The translations under genes and the position numbers were made by a program. Below, piece after piece: positions 54,713 through 64,000 of a DNA stretch of 64,000 bases (positions are counted from its first letter, which is position 1; every line of letters begins with the position of its first letter). The DNA is taken from assembly GCA_963803975.1 (NCBI GenBank), contig CAWDOY010000025.1, positions 1 to 64,000 of the forward strand, in the 5' to 3' direction. Under the pieces are notes generated by a model. That model searched no databases. It worked only from the letters and a program-made list of their open reading frames with translations, and had not been told where the DNA came from. This DNA is from an uncultured delta proteobacterium (GTDB lineage Bacteria; Desulfobacterota; WTBG01; CAIYCZ01).

Positions 54713-54925
54713 ATGGTCAAGCATATTGTTGATATAGAAAAGTGCGTCGGTTGCGGCAAGTGCGTTGAAAACTGCTCTCTGGAACTCTGGGTGATGGTGG
54801 ACCGGGAAGGCAGCAAAAAAAAACTTGCACAAGTTACCGAGGAGGCTGCCCTGATTTGTCATACCTGCGGCATGTGCTCTGAAGGATGCCCGGAAAAAGC
54901 AATTGTTATAATTAACGAGGCATAA
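54713..54925 (+). CDS. 2[4Fe-4S] ferredoxin
   Basis: CVGCGKCVENC and CHTCGMCSEGCP. Confidence 0.9.
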   Translation: MVKHIVDIEKCVGCGKCVENCSLELWVMVDREGSKKKLAQVTEEAALICHTCGMCSEGCPEKAIVIINEA

Positions 54926-55274
54926 ATCCATGCCCTTATATCCCGGATGCCAGCACCTGAATGCCTTTTCGTCATGGCCTCCCGTAACAATATTACCGCA
55001 GCACTGGATGTCTTTATAATAACTCAGAGGGAAGTATTCCCTCACCTCGAGAATAGAAAACGCAAACATCTCATTCTGGTTCATTTCTTATACCTTATAC
55101 CGCTCAGTAGTTACCCGGCAAAAACGCATCACCTCCTGTCTGCACTCATCTCTGATACACCGGTGTGATAGGTGCGTTTTGTAAATCACAAATAATCAAT
55201 CCCCCCATCTATTACATGGGTGGAGCCTGTTCCAAATGGCTTGTTAGAAGTTACTTGAAGAAAGGAGTACCGGG

Positions 55275-55919
55275 ATGTCTGATACATTAGAAAAACTAAG
55301 ACAGTGCATAGTTGACGGTGATGATGACATGGCGACAGCGCTGGCTGAGGAGGCATTGCAAAGCGGTGTTGACGTTCTGGAAATTGTTAAAACAGCAATC
55401 ACCCCCGGCATTGAGCAGGCAGGCAAACTGTGGCATGAAAATATATATTTTATGCCGGATGTGGTATTAAGTGCAGAGGCTTTCAAGGCAGCCATGCAGG
55501 TGGTTAAGCCCCACGTCCAGGGGCGGGAAACAAGCAGCAGAGGGAAAATCATTATCGGAGTGGTCGCCGGAGACATGCATGATCTGGGCAAGAGTATTGT
55601 TATTGCCATGCTTATGGGAGCAGGTTTTGACGTGATAGATTTAGGTGTTGACGTTCCCGCAGAGACATTCATTGAAAAAGCAAAGGAGCTGAAGCCGGAT
55701 ATTCTGGGGATCGGCTGTTACATGACCACAACTATGCTGGAGTTAAAAGAAGTGGTGCGGTCTCTGAACGAACATGGCTTGCGGGACAGGATAAAAATCA
55801 TGATCGGCGGAGTACCCACCACACAGCAGTTTGCTGACGAAATTGGTGCAGATGCGTGGGGCAGAGATGCCCTTGATACCGTAGTAATAGCTAAACAGCT
55901 TATGGAGAAGGTACATTAA
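55275..55919 (+). CDS. Corrinoid (cobalamin-binding) methyltransferase protein, MtaC/MttC-like
   Basis: B12-binding_2 cap, GD.HDLGK (DxHxxG), IDLGVDVP, IGG.P......EIGAD. Confidence 0.92.
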   Translation: MSDTLEKLRQCIVDGDDDMATALAEEALQSGVDVLEIVKTAITPGIEQAGKLWHENIYFMPDVVLSAEAFKAAMQVVKPHVQGRETSSRGKIIIGVVAGDMHDLGKSIVIAMLMGAGFDVIDLGVDVPAETFIEKAKELKPDILGIGCYMTTTMLELKEVVRSLNEHGLRDRIKIMIGGVPTTQQFADEIGADAWGRDALDTVVIAKQLMEKVH

Positions 55920-55920
55920 G

Positions 55921-57193
55921 ATGGATGATACTAAGAGCAGTTCTAAAAACTCAGCATTGGTCAACCATGGGGCAAACAATGGCATTAAACCCGATCCACG
56001 TGATCCCAAGAGCTGGTGGACGGCGTACGCTGCGCAGAGACCGAAGTGGATACCGATCATGGCCCCTCTGGCTGAACATGCTCAGTTTTTAACGGGCATA
56101 CCGGCCAGGCGATTTTATGCAGATGCGCAAATTAATGTATACACGCTGGCGGCGCTGGCAGCATATTACGGTTTCGATAATGCAATGGGCGTAGGCGATA
56201 CCTACAATTATGAGGCGGAAGCGATGGGTCAGAAACTGATTTACAGCGAAAACGCCATGCCTACTGTTGATTCCCGCGACCCGCTCATTAAACAGCCGGA
56301 TGATTTGAAAAAAATAAAGGTTCCTGACTGGCTTCATGCCGGCCGTATTCGTTTCGTTCTTGATCTCATCAGGCTCAATTCTGAAATGGGCATGATGGGC
56401 GGTAAATTTTGCGCTCCCTTCAGCCTTGCGGTCAATATTCGCACCTATCCGCTTTTGATAAAAGACCTGCGGAAAAATCCTGAATTTGCCCATGACCTTT
56501 TTACCTTCCTGGTAGATGAGATTCTGACGTCATACCTGAAATGTCAGAAGGAGCACTGCGGTATTGCCGCTGCAACAGCACCCGATGCCTGGTCTGCATT
56601 CCCCAACCTTTCGCCGGACCTTGCAGAGAAATGGGTATTACCCTATGCTGAGCGACTCTTTAAGAATTGCCTCAATTTTGACGTGAAAGCGGTTGTTGCC
56701 GGAAGCTGTGATTATTGTGAAGAGCGGATAGAGAAATTCGACAAGGCTATCCTTTTCAGATGTTTTGACGTGCAGAAAAAGCTTGCGTTTGGTATGCCCA
56801 TGGTTTTTTTAGGGATGGGAAGATGGCATGAATACCCGCTGGAGCCTGTTGTTGAGTATTTAGCGCAATATAAGAACAAATAATGTTCGCGCTACGGTGA
56901 TGGCCCAGATAAATGCCCGCCTGCTCCGTGATGGCCCGGCAGACAAGATCGTTGATCTTGTTAAACGCCTGATTGACACTTTCGGCCGTGATCACAACTT
57001 GACCATTATTATGTCAAATGTTCCAGCTGACACGCCTCCACGCCACATTCACGCGGCTGTGACAGCGGCGCACACCTATGGCCGTCTGCCGCTGGCTGAA
57101 AATCTCGATACAGTGGCATTCCATATCCCGGAGCGGGAGTCCTTTCAGGAATATGTCCATAAGATGTCAGGAGGAATTGGTCTGGGTTTTTAG
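55921..57193 (+). CDS. UroD/MtaA/CmuA-family methyltransferase (one frameshift)
   Basis: YNYEAEAMG, APFSLA.NIR, DL..NPEF, PDAW.....SP, G....I...VK, P..TP...I.A. Confidence 0.8.
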
Positions 57194-57251
57194 CTCGTAC
57201 CAGCATAACAGATACAACAGGTTACGTAAGACAGGGAGCAGGGTGCGTTTA

Positions 57252-58158
<907 letters not shown>

Positions 58159-58169
58159 AGGGACTGCAT

Positions 58170-59969
58170 GTGACAACCTGCCGGATCGAATTTCTTCCCG
58201 TTGGCACGCAGGTGCGTTGCCCGCATGGAACGTTACTCAATTATGCAGCGCGTGATGCCGGCATCGCTCTCGTCTCAGTGTGTGGAGGGGCCGGCAGCTG
58301 CGGGAGATGCAAAGTAATAATTGAACGAGGAGCGGTTTCAACGCCAACCCCTGTTAGAGCAGCAAAAACTGAGTGCGGCTGAAATCGCATCAGGGTATCG
58401 TCTGGCCTGTCAGACCCGCGTGCAGAACGATCTAACCGTTTATATTCCTCCCTTGTCAATCCCTGGTGAACTGCAGGCAAATCTGGCGTGTGAGGGTCCC
58501 GGTGAGCCTGTCGACCCGGTAGTACAGGATGTGCTCATTACGCTGCGGCCGCCAGGGTCCCTGAATCACAGCTCCTGCTGGGAGCGATTCGTCACAGCAG
58601 TTAAAAACTCCTCCGGCATCGACGTAACAAAAGCTGACCTGCCAGCCCTGCGGCAGGTTTTCTCAATCCTTGATACGTGCGGCGCTACTGCGCAGGCACG
58701 TATTCGCGCCGGGGAGTTGATCGATGCAGGGCCGCCCGGACAGCATCCCCTGGGGGTTGCAATCGACCTTGGCACGACAAAGATCGCCGCATACCTGATA
58801 GATATGTTGACCGGGAAGCTCTATAGCGCTGTGGGTATGGTAAATCCACAGTGCAGCTTTGGTGGTGATGTGATGAGCCGCATTGCCTGCGCTATGGAAC
58901 ATGGCAGCGCACAGCTTCGGCAGACCATCATTGATGGACTTAATCAGCTTATCAAAGAGCTTTGTCAGGACCCGCATAAAATTATCGAAATGGTGATCGT
59001 GGGTAACACTGCCATGCATCACCTGGTACTGGAACTGCCGGTGCACCAGTTAGGAAGTGCACCATATATTCCTGCAATAGTACACCCCGCTTGACGTCAA
59101 GGCACGCGATCTCGGCCTGGATATAGCACCGGGTGCGTACGTTCATATGGCTCCCAATGTAGCCGGCTTCATCGGCGGAGATCATGTGGCGATGGTCCTT
59201 GCAACCGGCATATATAACACACCCAAAACAGTACTGGGCATTGACATCGGCACTAACACGGAGATTGTCCTTGCCTGTAACGGTACGCTGCGCAGCACTT
59301 CCTGCGCTTCAGGGCCGGCATTCGAGGGGGGCCATATCACCTGCGGCATCCGGGCGATAAGCGGTGCCATTGAAAAAATAAAAATCAAGGATGGCGTTGT
59401 GGAGTTTCAAACCATCAGGGGTATGCCGCCGATTGGGTTATGCGGGTCCGGGATACTTGATGCTGTTGCTGAACTCACCAGGTGCGGCATCATCACGCAC
59501 CAGGGCCGGTTAGTCGCTGGCCCGGCTGTTCTCACGCGCGGCAATGCAGCAGAATTTGTGCTCGTAGCCCCGGGAAAAAAGCGGCACGGGCAAAGACATA
59601 ACCATTACGCAGCAAGATATCCTCGAAGTCCAGCTGGCAAAGGCGGCCATCCGCACCGGCATTGAGGTGCTCCTTGTGGAGGCCAATGCCGGCATTGAGG
59701 TAGTAGAGGAAATTATCTTGACGGGAGAATTCGGAACACAAATAAATCCCGCAAGCTGTATTGCAATCGGCATGTTTCCATTGTTTCCGAAAGAGCAGTT
59801 CAGGATGGTAGCAAATGCTGCCGGCCTGGGGGCAATGCGCATCCTCATTTCCAAAGCACAGAGAACACTGGCTCACGAAATAGCACAAAGGATACAGTAT
59901 CTTGAACTGATGACCTATCCCGGATTCCACAAGCAATTTGCCTCCGCGCTGTATATCCCGACAAAGTGA
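58170..59969 (+). CDS. ASKHA-domain ATP-dependent reductive activator of corrinoid proteins (RACE/RamA-like, DUF4445) with N-terminal [2Fe-2S]; frameshifted
   Basis: CGG.GSCGRC...RLACQ, AIDLGTTK, NPQ...G.DVMSRI, VGNTAM, GFIGGD, IDIGTN.E, ASGPAFEG, GLCGSG, QLAK.AI, NAAG.GA. Confidence 0.9.
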
Positions 59970-60328
59970 CGCCCCCCCCCGCCCATCCCGAACGCATTCG
60001 GAAAAGCGATTGACCATTTCCGGGGCTTTCACGATAATATGCCGGTAATTTCTACCTATCGCATTGCGCATTGATTCATAAACAATGTGCTGTGCTGATA
60101 TGTGGCAGAGCAAAAGGGTGTTCTTTAAACAGCCTTCTGATAAAAGGAAATTACGAAAACCAAAACAAAAATAATAAGGCGCCCCCTTTTATATGGAACA
60201 GACAAGTCCGGGTATCTTGGAAATTAACGTAAAATGACTCTCCCCTGCCCTGGTAATAAATTGTACCTGAGTCCTGTTGCCGTTACTGGTATCAGGACTT
60301 TTTTTGCACCATACGCCTGATTCCCGGC

Positions 60329-61537
60329 TCACGGCAGCATTTTGCCCGGGCTCTGCAGTTTCTCCGGCAGATAGGTTTCAAGCACGTAGTTCAAGCCGCG
60401 CGCGGCGAATGCCTGCTGCTCCACACGCACCCCCATCTTGATCATCTCTTCCAGGGCGTGCTGCCACGGCTTGTTGTTTTTAAAGAACGGGTCGTTTTTC
60501 ATGGCATCCTGGGCGCGCTTTTTGTCTTTTTCCTCAAGGGGATGGGTGGGCAGGTTGTAGTCCCGGATGTCCTGGGGTGTCACGCCGATAAGCCGCGCCT
60601 GGGGCACACAGAAAAATTCGCTGATGTGGGCCGCGTTGCCTGAGCCGACTTTCATGGTGCGGTAGATGTTGCAGTAGCCGTAGGGGTCACCGTCAGTAAA
60701 AACATAAACGGGGAGCTTGCAGGCATCGGCCAGAAGGCGCACAAAGCGGCGGTTGGCGCGGGTGGGCACGCCGCCCATGGCAACTATGATGCACTTGCCG
60801 TCCTTCCAGTAGGCATGGCCGTTCAGCCGCTCAAACAGGGCAGCGGTCTCAACCGCGAGGATGAATTTTGCCTTGGTGCGGAATTCAAGACCTTCAACCC
60901 GCGAGGGAATTGAGTAGCTTCCCCGGCCGAACGCGGTACAGTCGATGTCAATCTTTCTGCCGGTCGCGGGATCAATGTCAATCACAATGAGCTCACCCGC
61001 GACCGAGCCGTTCTGCTCGGCAGGGATGAATCCGAGCTGCTCGCGGTTCACGCCGACCATTGCCTCGATGTCATCCATGATGGTATCCGACTCGTCCTGT
61101 TCCTTGAACGAAGCAGGGCCCCAGCCTGCTTTGCCTGCTTCAGCGCCGCGCTTTGCGGAACCCTTGGAAGTGTAGTAGACTTCACGTTTTGAGGCAAAGT
61201 CATCGGTCTCGATCAGGTGCTTGGCAAACGCCATCATGCGCACGGACTGGGCAAAGGGCTTGACGGTCTGGTACGAGAGCGTTCGCTTGCTCACTTTGTC
61301 GCCGATGGTGAAAAAACCCTTTGCGCGGCGAAAACGAAACATTGGTCAGGCTGCGGATGGGTATCCGAAGTGACGGCCGGCGGCCCCCTTTGATTTCCCC
61401 GTAGATCCCTCTGCCTGCGTGACCAGCCCTTTCATCGCCGGTGAGCGCGATGGGACGGTCTGTGAACGTTTCTTATCTGATCCAGCGGCTGCTCCCTTTT
61501 GTGCTGTTTTTTTTGGCGCGTCTTTCTTAGCCATCAT
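60329..61537 (-). CDS. top6A: DNA topoisomerase VI subunit A (frameshift near the 5' end)
   Basis: SKREVYY (catalytic Tyr), F.EQ.ESD....DIE, ILAVE..A.F.RL, GGVPTRA.R, FTDGDPYG, EQQA. Confidence 0.92.
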
Positions 61538-61598
61538 TGCTCCTTTTTATATTTTTAATCAGCGTGCTGCTGTTCACGCTTTTTCCTGTACATTAGCG

Positions 61599-63248
61599 TT
61601 ATTCCCGGTGCCGCTCCAGCAGCCCGGTCAGAGTCTGCACAACGTTCTGCTCCTCCTTTTCAGAAAAGCCCAGCAGCTCCCGCAGGCCGATGCCGATGTG
61701 GGGAATATAGGTTGTGATATAGTCATGCTTGCGCTGCTCGTCGGTCTCGCGCCTTCTGTGCGAGAGATATATTTTCAGCTTCCTGCCGCAGTCCTGCAGT
61801 GCTTTAATAATCTGCTCCTCGATCTCCGGATAGCTCGCGATGGCCTCCTTTGATTCACTGGTGAACGGCACCCAGACCGAGGCCATGTGTACGACAATGG
61901 TGAGCGGGCCCAGTGGCAAAGAGCCGCGCGGCTGGCTCAGGCTGTAGTTGCGCCAGTTGGTCTGCACTACCGACTGGTAGGCGCAGCACCCGCCCTGCTG
62001 ATAGAGAAGCGGCACGCGGTTGGCCATGCGCAGCACCCGGGCCGGCGCATCTCCCTCCTGCTCGCTTCCGCCATAGGCAAGCGCGGCTTCAATGATAAAC
62101 GGGTTGCCCCGGTACACCGCGGGCGGTCGGGTCGTTGATGCATAAAAATCCGCCGGCACTACGGACTGGAGCCCCCGGATAAGCTGTTCCTCGCCGATGG
62201 GTGCAACACAGCTGGTGGGCGGGTTCATGATCTTTGTCTTTGCGATCCCCTCAAGCAGCTTTTCAATGTCCGCGTGGCTGACGCGCGATACCAGCGCGTT
62301 CGGCGACAGGCCCGCGTTAGCGCAGATTTCTTCGGCAACGCGTTGTGAAACACGGGAGAATTCATGCTGCAGAAACCCTGCAAGGTTGCGCGCCCTGGTG
62401 TCCTTCAGCAGCGCCTGCATGACACCGAGTTCGACCCCAAGCGGGTGGGGCTTTATTTCCTGGGTGTGCGCGGGAAGCTCATGGCTTGTACGCTCATAGG
62501 TAATGGTCTCGCCCCCCGGCTCCTTGTAAATTATCCGCACATGGGGATTGGCAATCGCGGTCTGGCGCAGGTATTCATCTATTGACTGCTTGCCGTGTGT
62601 GTGCTTGCCCTCAAGCTCAATCGCCACCTGCGTTCCGTGTTCAACGTCCCACTCTGTTTCCCGGTCGCTGATGATCTCCGGTTTGTTTTTCTTAGTGTCG
62701 ATCTGCAGCCGGAAGTGATGGGCGGGTTTAGTCTTATGCGTGCGGCTGGTGATTTCAACCGGCTTTCCGGTGGTGAGCATGCCGTACATGCCGGCAGCGC
62801 TGATGCCGATGCCCTGCTGTCCGCGGCTCATTTTCAGGCGGTGAAACTTCGAGCCGTACAAGAGCTTGCCGAAGATATTGGGGATCTGCTTTTTTACAAT
62901 CCCCGGGCCATTGTCCTGAACAATTATCAGAAATCGGTCCCGGCCCAGGTCCTCAACCTCGACCAGCACTTCAGGCAGAATCCCCGCCTCCTCGCAGGCA
63001 TCAAGGGAGTTGTCTACCGCCTCTTTTATCGCCGTCAGCAGAGATTTTCTGGGGTTGTCGAACCCCAGCAGATGCCGGTTCTTGGCGAAGAATTCCGATA
63101 CCGAGATATCGCGCTGCCGCGCTGCCATGGTTTCGGCGGTTTCATGAGTGCGATGTTTACCCTTTGCCGGAATCCGGGATGTTTCTTCTTTCTCTATATT
63201 CTGTATTTCTTTTATGGCAATTTCTTTGCGCGCCATGTTCTGCTCCAT
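61599..63248 (-). CDS. top6B: DNA topoisomerase VI subunit B
   Basis: ISVSEFF.KNRHLLGFDNP, KEAVDNSLDACEE, DNGPG, LLYGSKFH...SRGQQGIGISA, R.ANRVPLLYQQG.C, VPFTSESKEA. Confidence 0.95.
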   Translation of the reverse strand: MEQNMARKEIAIKEIQNIEKEETSRIPAKGKHRTHETAETMAARQRDISVSEFFAKNRHLLGFDNPRKSLLTAIKEAVDNSLDACEEAGILPEVLVEVEDLGRDRFLIIVQDNGPGIVKKQIPNIFGKLLYGSKFHRLKMSRGQQGIGISAAGMYGMLTTGKPVEITSRTHKTKPAHHFRLQIDTKKNKPEIISDRETEWDVEHGTQVAIELEGKHTHGKQSIDEYLRQTAIANPHVRIIYKEPGGETITYERTSHELPAHTQEIKPHPLGVELGVMQALLKDTRARNLAGFLQHEFSRVSQRVAEEICANAGLSPNALVSRVSHADIEKLLEGIAKTKIMNPPTSCVAPIGEEQLIRGLQSVVPADFYASTTRPPAVYRGNPFIIEAALAYGGSEQEGDAPARVLRMANRVPLLYQQGGCCAYQSVVQTNWRNYSLSQPRGSLPLGPLTIVVHMASVWVPFTSESKEAIASYPEIEEQIIKALQDCGRKLKIYLSHRRRETDEQRKHDYITTYIPHIGIGLRELLGFSEKEEQNVVQTLTGLLERHRE

Positions 63249-63295
63249 ATTATTATGTCCGCTGGATATTCTGAGCTATAGGCAGGTTTTGTAAC

Positions 63296-63351
63296 AGTAT
63301 AGGGTAATATATATAGTGTGTCAATAGGGTATGCTGCCCAAGATATAGTGT
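63296..63351 (-). promoter_or_regulatory. Sigma70 promoter of top6BA (TTGACA-17-TATACT) overlapped by two NrdR-like boxes 32 bp apart
   Basis: -35 at 63319-63324 and -10 at 63296-63301; boxes gtaatatatatagtgt (63304-63319) and gcccaagatatagtgt (63336-63351) resemble the NrdR consensus acaCwAtATaTwGtgt. Confidence 0.7.
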
Positions 63352-63523
63352 TTGGAAGGCAGTCATGATGGATAGCGCCGGGATACCAGAAAGACGAACA
63401 GCGTTGCAGCTTTTTTAACATTTATCAAATCCTCTGGTAAATTTGCAGCTTAAAAACATTTTCTTCTCTGCGCTCGCTGTGGTACTTATTAACACAACAT
63501 TTAATTTTTCACAGGAGGTAATT

Positions 63524-64000
63524 ATGAGCACCGTGCTGATATATTCAGGCTTCACCGCGCATCGAGCGGTCCTACTCAATAGCTGTGGCTAATGCGTTTA
63601 TTGAGTCATACCGGAAGCTGCATCCAACAGATGAAATCATTACCATGAATCTTTTTCAGAAAGACCTGCCGCCTTTTGACGGGCTTACCGTGCAGGCGAA
63701 ATACACCATCATGCACGGATTGAAGCACACGGAGGAAGAGCGCGCAGCCTGGCGCACGGTGGAGGCGCTTATTGCCGAGTTTAAGTCCGCAGACAAGTAC
63801 GTGCTGGCTGTGCCCATGTGGAACTTCTCCATCCCCTACCGTCTCAAGCAGTATATTGACATTCTGGTGCAGCCCACCTACACGTTTAACGTTACTGAGG
63901 AAGGCGGCTATGACGGGCTGGTTAAATCGAAACCGATATTCTTAGCCTGCTCGAGCGGCGGCGAATATCCTGCCGGCACACCCTATGAAGCCTATGACTT
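63524..64000 (+). CDS. azoR: FMN-dependent NADH-azoreductase (frameshifted 5' end, runs off the window)
   Basis: RBS plus ATG at 63524; ASPR...S.S, EFKSADKYVLAVPMWNFSIPYRLKQYID...TF, SSGG.Y. Confidence 0.88.

Overview
The window joins two unrelated segments. Bases 1 to about 7330 are GC-rich and Chloroflexota-like (inference). They hold a very large secreted, Pro/Thr-linker modular glycoside hydrolase (TIM barrel, CBM9-like and SdrD-B-like domains) and an alpha-xylosidase (yicI). The segment ends at a GTAG-type REP palindrome fused directly onto a 5'-truncated sensor kinase, probably an assembly or read chimera. The rest (about 7330-64000) looks like an anaerobic diderm of the Desulfobacterota/deltaproteobacterial type (inference). 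It carries LPS heptose genes, a rubrerythrin/rubredoxin stress cluster, gltX, sodN, miaB, rplM-rpsI, and a MauG-like peroxidase/Tat metallophosphoesterase/SoxA-TsdA-like cytochrome operon. A roughly 32 kb redox-catabolic region follows (27.7-60 kb), then topoisomerase VI (top6B/top6A, with tandem NrdR-like boxes) and azoR. Many genes are split by single-base indels typical of long-read error. The most notable signal is the 27.7-60 kb region. It combines several divergent tetrapyrrole-enzyme folds: two ferredoxin-dependent bilin reductase/RCCR-like proteins, a HemF-like protein, a ferrochelatase-like lipoprotein and a UroD-fold methyltransferase. With them are three geranylgeranyl-reductase-family flavoproteins, ferredoxins, a NuoEFG/HydABC-like module with a PorB lacking the TPP motif, ETF-linked FAD oxidoreductases and a corrinoid demethylation system. 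A shared TetR-type palindrome appears to link these operons. This is a candidate undescribed anaerobic pathway for tetrapyrroles (chlorophyll, haem or bilin) or another hydrophobic ring compound. All family assignments are by-eye motif recognition, not database searches.
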